A DNA stretch of 64,000 nucleotides, taken from assembly GCA_937625935.1 (NCBI GenBank), contig OW569392.1:1-64000 (forward strand), in the 5' to 3' direction. The translations under genes were made by a program, and so were the position numbers. The notes under the pieces are model-generated. The model did no database searches and was not told the origin of the DNA. It saw only the letters and a list, made by a program, of their open reading frames with translations. Shown piece by piece: positions 24,801 to 35,673 of this stretch. Position 1 is the first letter of the stretch, and every line of letters starts with the position of its first letter. Origin of the DNA: Tetramitus jugosus (Eukaryota > Protista > Heterolobosea).

Positions 24801-25059
24801 GGATCTATTCTCGCAATCTTTGGGAGTGTCCATGGTGCAAAGTATTGTCGAGAAGGCCAAAGAAGAAGCTGAAAAATCTGTCAGTGAATTTACGAATTAT
24901 GACTTGGAACGACCTCTTCTGTCCAATGACCAGAGAATGACAGAGATTCCGGTTCCTTTGTCTGGGCAAATCTGGAATTTATGTGACAGCATCAACTTAT
25001 TTTCATGTCTAAGAGCAGAGGAAGAAGACAATATTCAAAGTTATATCGAACTTGAGTAG
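21868..25059 (+). CDS. Large protein with Gly-rich (GxxG/GGxGG) repeat region followed by beta-sandwich-like domains; true start uncertain
   Basis: 1063-aa ORF; GRDGEDGRQG, GGNGGDGGDGG and GSSGSSG runs; VFEPGERIVINAVEVINNGG; first ATG near 21907. Confidence 0.85.
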   Translation: MAQEQEANKQHYTMHQDRFIVTGDVEAPRHYLPQDIGTEVAHQMIGKAEKKVPFFVIDGSGRDGEDGRQGRQGRRGENGADGANGPNGSRPGDDGKNGKDGKDGQHGGRGSDGKNGREGGNAIRNMYLNLSMNSPQQLSFTGSYNGTMETSYMRPDSCILLNAKGGKGGNGGHGGDGGDGGRGGSGGSGGWGKRGPNGRRPGEDGGDGGNGGDGGDGGNGGNGGDGGNGGDGGNGGQGGRIIVETTQPELLMFTECDIRGGRAGARGDSGGGGCSGFSGSGGSSGSGGSGGSAGPYKSEIPSGSSGRSGSSGSSGNSGKTGSSGYHGECGRGGVPGEDGSIWYVILDPVTMQPLEQSCSKFNCSVSSYMVKGVIDDNVFEPGERIVINAVEVINNGGMTLPAGALLQFNSTETFISENIGYYLPAIRPNETIVVPASFFGALLDVPEATHARQLHETAKVISTSQLVGCNFVDSTIETTLNVQYPIQISVMNGNEQMIHGQRSIFQVQIKNISSLPYGNKSRNGDVSWKINTDRRLIVTGSKKVGPIKGKLNMLAPGESFIYNMEVTVDPNVELFEALPWSVELLFRNKRIEIAEKSTRITPSYVPVDSSNQYLFDVLFVSNKHIAKQEARLYMRIFEGLGLRTNFWDCEQYNGFSIDQSTGYVHPVSWKNAFNGKLIVMPLSRPDELMQLLTPNDFMSFFIGENFESPSLLDSGLVVIGAEASLFLPQLYESIPKKQIDPHYLSRDLLLSSPSPASFAKIIDLYITQKAKQDTAAIFSLADFNYNPVLLESLFIPRWQLGTATIKEIPVDCTHKFFNVPKHDSHDVFLSMDNFNAHEMNQFPLISRFGAALYAVICSLSIPAKLKLIHSGGGAAKTENWTFTGINREVFSVSDLVAYALYKDLQIQLFHGFIKRQTRIETLISQLSSNPEYLTPEMATIVINVLYRLKKDTRVESVNIFSNMFHAVQHFKKKRSTLEDLFSQSLGVSMVQSIVEKAKEEAEKSVSEFTNYDLERPLLSNDQRMTEIPVPLSGQIWNLCDSINLFSCLRAEEEDNIQSYIELE

Positions 25060-25507
25060 AGTCAAGCAAGTGCGCACCACGAGAGCTTCATGTGATTGAT
25101 AATCATGTTTTATGAATGAGTAATAGTATCTTTAGCAAACAGGAAACAACATACTCTAGCAAAGAACAAGGTGTCGGGTTTATGTTCAGGGACTATTGTC
25201 GTTGCACAGAGGAGCACCAGAACATTAGTCATTTCTTGGTTCTCAACAGTTTTTTTTGGACAGTCTTTTGTAAATCTTGGAAAACAAGACTCCCGTACAT
25301 GAATTTTCAAACTGTGCAGAGCGGTTCGGACAAATCTATTCTTCTTTTATGTTGTAACAATATAAAAGGCAAGTAGGGCTTGACGGAGTTTTTGACATTT
25401 TTTTTTTTTGATTTGAACGTTGACACAAAAGGCCTTTGTGGTGTGAAAGATGCAATCACACTCAACATTCGCATCAACACTGTGCAGTTCCCTAACGACA
25501 ATTCGTC

Positions 25508-26335
25508 ATGAAGATTTTTTCGACACATCCAAGACAACTAACCTTCCTATGGTTCCTTATCATCAACCTCATTGTGTTCTCTTTGCTGACATTTGTCTTG
25601 TTTCGTCACCCCAAGACGTCACATTCAGAAAATAAGGCGTTGTCCTTCCCCATTAAAACCTGTTCTCCACTAAAGCAATACATTGGTCGAAAAGAATATG
25701 GCGGTTGGATGGTGTGCCCCTTGGGATTAAACTCCGAATCGATCGTCTACAGTTTTGGTGTAGGAGAAAATGTGGAGTATGACCAGGAGATGATTCAAAG
25801 ATTTGGTCTCAAGAAGTTGTATGCGTTTGACCCAACTCCCAAAGCGATCGACTATGTCAAGAGATCAAAGGAACAGAGAAAGCTAAGTGGAAGATTTGAG
25901 CTCTATCCAATTGCTCTGACCAGTGATCCTCAACAAACCAGTACTCAATTCTTCCTGCCCAAGAACAAGGATCATGTGAGTGGAACGGCAATCAAGGGAG
26001 TGAGTCATGTAGAAGAGACGGAACCAGTGACTGTACAGACGATGGACCTGCTCAGAATCATGAAGATGTTGGGTCATGACCACATTGATTTGCTAAAGTT
26101 GGATGTAGAGGGCTCAGAGTTTGAAATTTTTGAGAGTTTTTTGTCAGATCCATCAGAGTTCCAGTACTGTAATCAAATTTTGGTCGAGCAGCATGCACGG
26201 TTCTTTGCATCAGAGCCCACAAAGGAAAAAGAGATTATTGATCGAATGGTTGAGTTGTTCCGCAAGAATGGTTTTGAAGTTTTGCACATTGAAAACGGAC
26301 AAGAGTATTCTTTTGTGAGACAAGTTCGTAACTAA
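25508..26335 (+). CDS. FkbM-type SAM methyltransferase with N-terminal TM anchor
   Basis: IVYSFGVG, YAFDPTP, IDLLKLDVEGSEF, QILVEQH. Confidence 0.88.
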   Translation: MKIFSTHPRQLTFLWFLIINLIVFSLLTFVLFRHPKTSHSENKALSFPIKTCSPLKQYIGRKEYGGWMVCPLGLNSESIVYSFGVGENVEYDQEMIQRFGLKKLYAFDPTPKAIDYVKRSKEQRKLSGRFELYPIALTSDPQQTSTQFFLPKNKDHVSGTAIKGVSHVEETEPVTVQTMDLLRIMKMLGHDHIDLLKLDVEGSEFEIFESFLSDPSEFQYCNQILVEQHARFFASEPTKEKEIIDRMVELFRKNGFEVLHIENGQEYSFVRQVRN

Positions 26336-26706
26336 AGAATTTTTCATGTTTATTGTTTTGGCGAATTACAAAAGCTTGTTGAAAATGATTGATTGGCCTG
26401 CCCTACTTGTTTTGTCCACGCTTCATGCAGGTCTTCCACATTATTGATACTTCAATTGGAGTTTCCGACATTGCGGATCACAACGTTTGGTAGGAGAGAT
26501 TGGTGTAGAACTGCTTTGATTCAAAAAATCATTGCGACAATGTCTTGCATAAGTTAAAGTATTCTGTAAAATGGTTACAGTTTCATTCCTATTCGGGACT
26601 TTGGTTCTCAAACCTATCTTCACCTAAAAAGTCGACAAAAAACTTCTTAATCCATCCAAGAAAACCTGACGTTCAGAAAAACAAAAACGAATCCCTCGCC
26701 GCACAC

Positions 26707-28432
26707 ATGGACACCACAAGTGAACCCAACTCCAAGAGAAGAAAAGTGAATCCATGCACTGAATCATCAGACAAGAGTGAAACCATTGCAATCCAGAGTC
26801 AACTCCACGGAGGACACTTTGATTCAGTCACAACATATTTCAATTCGTCAACATCATTGACCTCCACAGAGTGAATTTGGTGAATGGATTGTGGTATGAA
26901 GTGTTCACAAGTGATCTCATCTGGATTCACTTGTTCCAATCAACATTCAAGTTATCTTCCAAACATGAAACTCCTGTAGTTGATGTTCCAGGAAACAAGT
27001 CTTGCCATTTTACAACAGAAGTGAGACCACGAGATCAATTGATACATCATCCCATGCTCGAGGATTGGAAAGTTAATTTGAAGAATCAGATCGTTTTTGA
27101 ACAGTTTTTGCAACACGCTGACATTATTTATTCTTCTGTCTCAATCTCCAAAGCAGTACTTGCATATGTGGAATCTCACCTTGCATTCTCACTCTCCGCT
27201 GAAGAAACACTACTCTATCTTGGTGACGACCACGGCCAAGGTCACGTACAAAATATTGGATATGATCCATTAGAAGTGGAGGAGCTTGGAAAGAAGGTTG
27301 TGTTTGGACAATTCAAACACAAATGTGTAGAGATATTTGGAGGCACGGAAGTGCCCGCTACGAGGATGCTATTTTGGCCAATTTTTCTTTTGTGAACACA
27401 ACAACTTGGAACATGGTTTCTATCAGGGTTAAGACATACCTTACCTATGATGGCTATGATGAGGGGGAAAAACTAGACAGCCAAGTTTTTAAAATTGAAG
27501 CACTGCTGAATCATTGGAATGAAAGAGTGGAATCACCTGTTGAATTAATGTCATTCAATCGTAATGATGGTCATACTCTGTGTGTTAAGGCTTACGGTCA
27601 TCGAGTGCCCATAAAGATGGACAAGGAGGCAACATCAAGAGTAGCAACGTTTTTGGGCGTTTCTGATGTGAATAGCTTCATAACAGCTGTTCTTAAATGC
27701 TTATCCTTGGATACAAGTTTTGACGATATTCAAACAAGTGGCACGATAAAGGAAGTCGATGCATCAATCAAAGATATGAACTATTCCGAACTCCACTCCT
27801 ATGTTCGTTCTATTCATTTACGAAATCAACTGATTTATGATCTTAGAAAAGGAAAACAATTTTTTTTCAAACAGGATTCAGATTGTGTTTGGATGAATCC
27901 GAACAGTGCATCAACAGACGAACGATTTTTAGAAGTTATCGAGTTAGCACAAAAGGTATCAAGTATCAATGATAAAAGAGAGAATCTCGGATGTTCGCCA
28001 CTTATTAGTGAGTCCCAGGTTGATGGGGTCTATGTTGCTGATTCTATCTCTATTGAGATCAAAAGTCTGAATTCAACATCCGTGCATGACATCCGTTTTA
28101 CTTTCGGAATCGAAGGTTTGAAGGATGAGATTGAATTGAATGAATTCATGACTATTTGCTTTGATAAATCAAAGCTTTTCGAAGCCCATCAAGATCTCTT
28201 CGCACAAGTGGCATATGACGAAGAACTTACAAAACAAGCTATGAAAACTCTGGGGTGTCAGCACATGACACTTGTCGACTTTTGTGACTTTGTTTTTGCT
28301 TGCACCACTCGCGGAGCTTGGATTGGAAGAGACACCAGTGAAGAAACACCCAAGTATAGTTTCAGTCTGGAAGCTTTGAAAAAGTGGACTCGATCTGTAA
28401 CCCCAATGATCCATGACGATGATGAACGCTAA
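26707..28432 (+). pseudogene. F-box protein split by frameshifts (or unrecognised introns/assembly errors)
   Basis: QFVNIIDLHRVNLVNGLWYEVFTSDLIW F-box motif straddles a frameshift; three consecutive overlapping ORFs. Confidence 0.55.
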
Positions 28433-28734
28433 TGAATCCTCCAATTGAACACAGGCTATGAAGTTTGCCTCATTTACACCCATGATATCTGCCTGTCTAA
28501 CTTCCGTTTTCGATTTTCAGCAGTAATCACAGCCCGCGAAGACAACAAAAACAGTGAACAAGATACTATCCATAGTTTCTTTCGTTGGAACTCACACACA
28601 AATGGACACAAGAGTCAAGGTTATCGTTTTGGATGGTGATTTTCATTGTGTTGCAAGGAGTGATTCAAGGAGACTTCCAAGAACCAGTGAGAAATGAAAC
28701 TGACAGTAAGTGCTATCAGTCTACACGAATCATC

Positions 28735-28847
28735 CAATCCACTTCATCTGATGAGGAAGAAGCGACCATCAGGTTCTAGAAGAGAAGTGATAAATGGATC
28801 TGGGATTACTCCAAACAAAAATCATCGAGGACAATGTAAAATTAGAA
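28735..28847 (-). repeat. Fragment homologous (inverted) to the interior of the MITE at ~59097-59216
   Basis: ccaatccacttcatctgatgaggaaga..tcaggtt..agaagagaagtgat..aaacaaaaatca..aaattagaa is shared. Confidence 0.8.
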
Positions 28848-29200
28848 TGTGTTCTGAGAAGAGACAGCAAAATTGGTAGGAGGTGACACTCTAACTGAGA
28901 ATGCAGTTCAATTGCTAGAGAAGCCAACCACTTTCCACTATCTGTCAATAGACACAGGAGTACAGACGATACATCCTGCCTTCCACATATCAAATTGCAA
29001 AATACCTTGGCTACTACGTTCGTCTTGGGCTGTCCGTTAGTTTGTTGTGGAGGCGAAGCTGTGGTGGGTTCACATTTTAGCTTGACTGCTTTTCACTTCC
29101 CTGCCTCTTCTTTAGCCAACTCCATCGATTCCTGCTTGTTGTGACAAGGAAGAAGGTATTGATACACATAACCTGAACTCAAGAGTTTATTCAAGAACAG

Positions 29201-32200
29201 TCACTCTACCTGTAACTTTTCTCTTGACTTGTCGACCATTTTCTGAGCAACTACATCATAAGGATATTGGGCCAAGTAATTAGAGAAAATAGTGAGTGCT
29301 TGCTTATAATCCCTTCTTTCAAAACAATTGAAAGCCCTAGAGTACTCGAACCAAGTATCATTTTCTTTTGCGACATCCTGTGACAACTCCTGGGCCCATT
29401 CATCTGTGTTTCTGGCTTCTCCCAGTTCATAGATGGACAGATCATTCGATGTCTCTATAGGACGTAAGTAGAAGGAATCTTTCATGGTTTGATAAACATC
29501 GTGCGTCACCATAATTCTTGTACCCCAAGTCTCATTCAAATGACATGCAGTGTCGGATTCAGCTGCTGCTCGCCCAACCACTGTGAATATTTTGGTTGCT
29601 TCAGAGCCGATGTTTCCGTAGAATGATGGACCAGAACTCAATCCGATTTGAATGTCCAAAAGTGGTAAACCTTTCAATCTCCAAATCTCTTGCAAACCTA
29701 GAACAGCTCTCTGACAGCCAAGAGCAGTTCTTACTGCTCTGATTCGGTGGTCTGATTGAGCTATTAAGGTGTTCCAAGCGATGACGGCATGGGAGTGGGT
29801 GTGAGACACCAACTGAGCATTTGATTCTCTCACTTTGTCCTTAATTGCCGTTAAAAGACCATTCATGGAATCATAAACATCTGCACTCGAGTATGATTCC
29901 AAGATGTCTGCCAGGTCATCGAAATTTACCGTCATTACGGACACTGTTCCACTGACCAAACCAGAAGTGAGTGCATTAGTCACCAAGCCTTTTGAGTGAT
30001 AATTTGCTTGGGAAGAAGAGATACGGGTATCAGAACAACTGTCGGATATGGTGTTCAGCTCAACTTCTCCTTTCTTAAGGGATGAATCCTTGGTTGAACT
30101 CTTCTTGATCGAAGCAGAAAGAGTTTCTCGTTTAAGAATCTCCTTGTGAGCTACCTCTGTTTCGATCACAGCTAAAATGTGTTCTGGAATAAATTGTCTA
30201 AACTGCTTCAATCTGGTAGACATTGAACTGAATGAATTCTGCAGACTTCTTATCTCTGAAAAGAATGAACGATCTCGGGCTAACTTTCTCTCCACTTCAT
30301 CCAATTGAAGTAATTTGATAGTCTCAGCCAGTGCTGACAACCTCTTCAATGGAGCCATAAAACAGAAAGACGCCACAAGAGATACTACAACTCCCAGGAT
30401 TAGCAATACAAATGTGAGGCCAACCAGGATTCCAACATCAATTTTGAAATCTCTAAAGAAGAGATCTCTCGGTAGAGCTTGCAATATGAGCCAATCCAAA
30501 CCGTACTGATCTTTTAGCTCCCCAATGTTCAGTAGATAATATCTTTGTTGATACTCAAACATTCCATAAGCTGTTGATCCCATCTTCTCCAGTTGGTGAC
30601 CGTATTTAGACCTGGAATAGCTCAACATTTTCTTAATGAGTTCATTTTCACCAGTATTTCCATCCAACCTCTTAATGGTCGAACCATCATTGGTGTAAAC
30701 CAAAAACTTAGGATCACTCGTGCTAATTAAGTGACCGGTTGAACGCTCAATAATAACAATTTCGCTCGACCATTCAATTGATTTCTGTTTCAAGAACAGT
30801 GAGATAGCTTCTGTTGATATATCGCTACCCAAAAACAATTGCATTTGATTTGTAGTTGGATCTCTAACTGAAGTCATGAAGGAAATAAAGAGAGAACCTG
30901 GAAATGATAATTGTGCATAGGAGGGAGTCCAAGCAGGAGCAAGCGAATCATTTGCCACTTGGTAAAACAATCCAAATTTGTCAAACTCTGATGCAGTGCT
31001 ATAGGAAACTGTGCTTGAATTCAGGATTTCCCTCAGATCTTGATCCCAGAGAGATGGAACGAAATGGCGCTCAAATAACGATTGATTAGCATACAGTGTG
31101 TATATATCAACAGGAGCATGATAAGGTGCAATAATTCCAACTTGATCTCCCGTATGAGAACCAACAAAAACATCAATCGTGATGTCCGATTGATTGTATG
31201 TTGCTCGGAGCAGACCGAAACCAAATTCTTGAGCATTACGAAGAGAACCAGTTGGGTCAATTACCCTTGTTTGGAAGGCAGAAATAGCTGAGAGACATAA
31301 AGTAGTATGCTGTGAGACTTGACTACTTAGATATTGGAAAACCTCTCGAAAGGATTCAGCTCTTTCTCTCTTGGTTTCTTCTTTGAGAGTTTTTCCATAA
31401 AATCCCAGAGATATCCCAGTCATGCTTATGATACAAATAATGGAGATCAAAGAAAATAAGAGTACTAGCGTAGTGGTCATACTACTTAGAAAAGTAAAAC
31501 AGTTACTCTTTTCTGATTCCTCGTCATGTCTATTGACTGGTTTCAGAGAAGCACCAGCCTTTGAGAGTGTGTTGATCATATCCTTATCAGACAGATTAAC
31601 TACTGTTTGAAGAGCAGTCATTCCACTTGAGTCCCCTTCATTCAACTCAACTTCAACACACTCTACTAAAAATCTTACAAGTTCCTTTCTGCAGTTTTTC
31701 ACTGCAAGGAGCAGTGGTGTATCTCCCATCTTGTCCATGGTGTTCAATAGTGCTTCAATCTGTCTCTGGCTGAAATCTCGAAGGTTCATGCACCTGAAGA
31801 GCAACAACACATTATCAATGTGTCCATCGGCTCCACATTTGTGCCAAATGTTCTTGCCAGAGGTGTTAGTGTTACAGAGAATGCGATCCAAACCCCTTTG
31901 AGAAAATTGAACTGCCAGGTATTGAACAATTTCAAAATGAGGCAGAGCGTTGTACAGTACATTCTCTTCATCATTATTCTTTCTCAGAGGAGAAGCATTC
32001 AACTTTTCAACCAGAAATTTCACTGCAGTCAAATCACCTTCCTCGGCCATCACGTGCAAGATTGTGTTGCCTTTGGATAACCTCAGATGGACATCAGGTC
32101 TAAAAGAACTCATCAACTCTGCTAGAGCATAATGCTTGTGTTTGAGTGCAATGAGCAGAGGAAACTTGGAATAGGAGTCTTTTGCATTGATGTTTGCACC

Positions 32201-32752
32201 CTTGTTCAAGAGAAACAGAACTGATTCATGACAGTTCTGAGCCACTGCATAGTGCAGTGGTGTCGAAGACAGAGAATCGAGCTCATCTACCGACATTTTG
32301 AGCGACAGCAAGAAATCCATGCACTGTGCCTTGTTTCTCTGTGCGCAAATGTGCAGGAGAGTGCAATTGGAGTTGTCCTTGTCCGTAATCTTACCCACCG
32401 AGGATTTGGAGAACAAATTGTTTTCACTACTGCACGCCTCAATGACGTGATTCAGTAACTGAAGTGACACAGCATCACTACCGTTTCTACAAGCAAACAA
32501 TAGTTTAGCATTCAGTGTGTCTTGCTTGTTCATGAGATCCAATAATTCTTCAAAGGATCGTTCGTCCTCAATCGTATTCAACTTGAGTGCAGCAGTCGAG
32601 TTGTTCTGAAACAGCATCTTTGACTCCAATTTCTGGTCCATCGTTGCAGTCCATTCCTGTACAACTTGGATGAATGGTTTACGCACAATGGATAAATTGT
32701 TCCTAACTGAGGCAGTGCTCACGGCAACAGTATTACTACTACTTGATACCAT
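29201..32752 (-). CDS. Ankyrin-repeat / 2-TM sensor (Cache-like) / HAMP / class III nucleotidyl cyclase-like protein
   Basis: TPLHYA, TILHVMA and TPLLLA ankyrin repeats; two TMs; PLKRL..SEIRSLQNSFSSM HAMP; RQFIP; IQIGLSSG..YGNIGS cyclase motifs. Confidence 0.9.
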   Translation of the reverse strand: MVSSSSNTVAVSTASVRNNLSIVRKPFIQVVQEWTATMDQKLESKMLFQNNSTAALKLNTIEDERSFEELLDLMNKQDTLNAKLLFACRNGSDAVSLQLLNHVIEACSSENNLFSKSSVGKITDKDNSNCTLLHICAQRNKAQCMDFLLSLKMSVDELDSLSSTPLHYAVAQNCHESVLFLLNKGANINAKDSYSKFPLLIALKHKHYALAELMSSFRPDVHLRLSKGNTILHVMAEEGDLTAVKFLVEKLNASPLRKNNDEENVLYNALPHFEIVQYLAVQFSQRGLDRILCNTNTSGKNIWHKCGADGHIDNVLLLFRCMNLRDFSQRQIEALLNTMDKMGDTPLLLAVKNCRKELVRFLVECVEVELNEGDSSGMTALQTVVNLSDKDMINTLSKAGASLKPVNRHDEESEKSNCFTFLSSMTTTLVLLFSLISIICIISMTGISLGFYGKTLKEETKRERAESFREVFQYLSSQVSQHTTLCLSAISAFQTRVIDPTGSLRNAQEFGFGLLRATYNQSDITIDVFVGSHTGDQVGIIAPYHAPVDIYTLYANQSLFERHFVPSLWDQDLREILNSSTVSYSTASEFDKFGLFYQVANDSLAPAWTPSYAQLSFPGSLFISFMTSVRDPTTNQMQLFLGSDISTEAISLFLKQKSIEWSSEIVIIERSTGHLISTSDPKFLVYTNDGSTIKRLDGNTGENELIKKMLSYSRSKYGHQLEKMGSTAYGMFEYQQRYYLLNIGELKDQYGLDWLILQALPRDLFFRDFKIDVGILVGLTFVLLILGVVVSLVASFCFMAPLKRLSALAETIKLLQLDEVERKLARDRSFFSEIRSLQNSFSSMSTRLKQFRQFIPEHILAVIETEVAHKEILKRETLSASIKKSSTKDSSLKKGEVELNTISDSCSDTRISSSQANYHSKGLVTNALTSGLVSGTVSVMTVNFDDLADILESYSSADVYDSMNGLLTAIKDKVRESNAQLVSHTHSHAVIAWNTLIAQSDHRIRAVRTALGCQRAVLGLQEIWRLKGLPLLDIQIGLSSGPSFYGNIGSEATKIFTVVGRAAAESDTACHLNETWGTRIMVTHDVYQTMKDSFYLRPIETSNDLSIYELGEARNTDEWAQELSQDVAKENDTWFEYSRAFNCFERRDYKQALTIFSNYLAQYPYDVVAQKMVDKSREKLQVE

Positions 32753-33435
32753 GGTGACAAGTGGTGTGGCTTGGGTGTTACTGCTTTGTTTGTGTCACAA
32801 AATCTTCCCCGGTTACCCTATGACAAGTCACTAACGTGCGGATGACACATAACGACCGATAAGCTACTGAGAAACATACTTCCTCTCCGGCGTACAAAAC
32901 ATCCATCAATCACGAATATTCTCAATTCGCGTGCGCTGCCCAAAGATGATCGCCGGCGTTATTCCAAATAAAAAACCACTTCAAATCGCGTATCAAAACA
33001 GTCAGGTTTTTCAACTAAACAGGATAAAGTCCCTGTTTGTTGCTGTCATGGATGATGACTCTAATCTCTAAGTGATCCAACCATATGACCATTTTGATGT
33101 CAGGTGCGTTGGCGATGCTTGAGACCAAAGCGAAGGATTCGTTCGCTCTCTACTCATGTGAATACTTTTTCGCCTTTGATGTCGGTGACTTCGAAGGGTC
33201 AACATCAAAGGCGGTGTGATGAAAAAGGGCAAACGTTCAAGTTGACTAACAAAGTTGTCTGTGAACCAAAGACTAATCTATCCTCGTCAGCCTCTGCTTC
33301 TCCACTCTGTTCACTGCACCTCGCCGTCCACCGCAAATCGAAAAAAGCAAGTTGCATGTTTCTACGACACTTCAATCGAAATTGCATAGTCAACCCATCA
33401 ATAGTTATCACCACACAGAAATCAAATTTCTTTAC

Positions 33436-33634
33436 AACAGATTCGAAGCTTTCCTCGTTTCGTGCTGCACCTCAAGTCTAATTGCATTCAACTCAGACAT
33501 GAACAGTAGCTCCACTGCAAACGTCTTTGGGCTGATGAACAGTATCTTTCTCATCCTTCATCTACAAATAAACGCTGAAAAACGCAAAAAAACACAAACC
33601 AGAAAAAAAACGTCACACTTTTTGGAAAATTGCT
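33436..33634 (+). mobile_element. Right-end fragment of the MITE family, including the 30-bp TIR
   Basis: Matches ~59242-59470 with an internal deletion; ends aaaaaacgtcacactttttggaaaattgct. Confidence 0.85.
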
Positions 33635-34078
33635 ATAGCACACATTTTCGCGAATGGTTTTCAATGACATGAGTGAGATACATCCTTAAGTAGGAACTAA
33701 TAGTGCATTGCGTAATCTCCGACGATAGAGTCCACGAGCTGAATTGCAAGATTCACCGATTGAGGATCACCCGTTGTCACAAACTGTGCCTGGATGATTC
33801 ATCAATCGTATCACTCCACCCTGCCGTAAACATCACCCACAATGGCAGTATTTTTCGACAAAGCAACAACTGCTACTCTCTCGTCCACCACACCAAAATT
33901 ATCATCTGGAGATTCACCATTTAGTCAATGGTCGATCCAATTGAATCTCTTTACTGTCACACTTGAACCCAACAGTTTCTTCTTCCTATAGGGAAATTCC
34001 TTGGAAAAGGGAAATTCAAACACAAACCTACACAGAGCTACCTCGCCCAACAACAACAACAACCAATCTGTCTCTCAT

Positions 34079-35326
34079 ATGAACCAAAGACCCATCTCAA
34101 AAATGCAATTGTCCCAACACAAATTGATTGTTGGAATTGTAATCATCCTCCTTTTTCTATTCATTTATTATCTTGTTCCATTGGGAAAGGTTGGAGAAGA
34201 TTTCTCATCATCACCATCAGCATCATCACGAACATTGGCAGAACAAGAAGATGCACCGGTTATTCATCCAGTATTGAACCAACATCATGATGTATTGTTC
34301 GAAAAGGAGATTTCACTTGATTTGTTGGGTAAAGTCACAACAGAGCACTCAACAGTGGTTGGTACACCATTGTTTAACACTCGACATGAACTAAGAAGAA
34401 TGTTTGATGAATTTATAAACGTGTACAAACGATTTCCAAGGACCAAGGCCATGTTGGGTGACGATGTGGATGGTAGTGGTGGAATGACTGTTCCTCACAT
34501 CTTTGCAACATGGGCAGTGGTAAAGAAACTCAAACCGAGAATGGTCATTGAGTCTGGAGTGTTCAGGGGTGTGAGTACTTGGATCATTGCTGAGGCATTG
34601 GAACCTGGAAGTAGGCTCGTATCCTTGGATCCCCATAGTACGAATGTGAAGAGAGAGGACAAGGGTATTACTCAAATATTTCTGACCAATTCACAGTTCA
34701 AGGACTTTGACAACCTTCCAGAATGGATCTTCTATGAAGATACAACAGAAAGTAATCCTACTATCCACAAGGATGCAAAAAGAGTTCCAGCTGATCAAAT
34801 CCTTGCATTTATGGATGACCATCAATCTGCCTCAAAGAGAGTGTGGCAAGGATTGTATCGATACAACATTAAGCATTACATATTTGAGGATAATTATCCA
34901 GCGTTCTCTGGAGACAATTATTCATTTAATTGGATCTTCCACAGACATTGGCCAAAGTTTGACAGTAGTTTTGGTTCAGACTCTAAGTTTGTTAAAGGAG
35001 GAGATGCACTATCAATCTTGGAAGTGCCAGATGACTTTGGTCGCACTCAGGTAAAAAGGAGGTGGGATGAGCATTTGAGTGCATACTACTTCTGGAAAAA
35101 CATGTTGCAGACATATCAAGAAATACCACCACTATGCGATAAAGTGTTCGAATCTGCAAGATCTATGAGCATGAGGGAAAAGCACGAAGAGCTTTCAAAC
35201 GTTCAACCATTGTTTACCAATGAAGAGATTGCAAAGAAGTATCCAGAGCTGTTGGAAGAACCTCTGACATATACTTACTTGTGCTATGTCAAAGTCAAAG
35301 ATGGTATTAATAGCAGAGCGGATTAG
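34079..35326 (+). CDS. Type II membrane class I SAM-methyltransferase-like protein
   Basis: N-terminal TM; MVIESGVFRGVSTW, LVSLDP, FMDDHQ, IFEDNY. Confidence 0.75.
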   Translation: MNQRPISKMQLSQHKLIVGIVIILLFLFIYYLVPLGKVGEDFSSSPSASSRTLAEQEDAPVIHPVLNQHHDVLFEKEISLDLLGKVTTEHSTVVGTPLFNTRHELRRMFDEFINVYKRFPRTKAMLGDDVDGSGGMTVPHIFATWAVVKKLKPRMVIESGVFRGVSTWIIAEALEPGSRLVSLDPHSTNVKREDKGITQIFLTNSQFKDFDNLPEWIFYEDTTESNPTIHKDAKRVPADQILAFMDDHQSASKRVWQGLYRYNIKHYIFEDNYPAFSGDNYSFNWIFHRHWPKFDSSFGSDSKFVKGGDALSILEVPDDFGRTQVKRRWDEHLSAYYFWKNMLQTYQEIPPLCDKVFESARSMSMREKHEELSNVQPLFTNEEIAKKYPELLEEPLTYTYLCYVKVKDGINSRAD

Positions 35327-35673
35327 TCTCTTGTTGGTCTTGGCCTGGCTTTGTTTTAATACAATATCAAGAAACAGAGTATTGCAAGTTACCAATCTTT
35401 GACCTAGTTGCCCCGGAAGTAGAGACAAATGTTGTCATATGCAGATAGTAAGTTCTTCGTTTGTCTGTCTGGTGTTATGTCTTCCAATATCGATGTAACT
35501 AGGTCAAATTTTGTTTTATACTTTGCCATTTCAACTCCTCAAACAAAGCCATCATAACGCTAACTGACAAGAGAGGAAAGAGTAATAAAGAGCGACTGTG
35601 CGTTGCATTCACAAAGCATTGCAAAGACTTAAAGACTTGATGGTTGTTGGTGACTTGAGACTGAGATTCGGCT

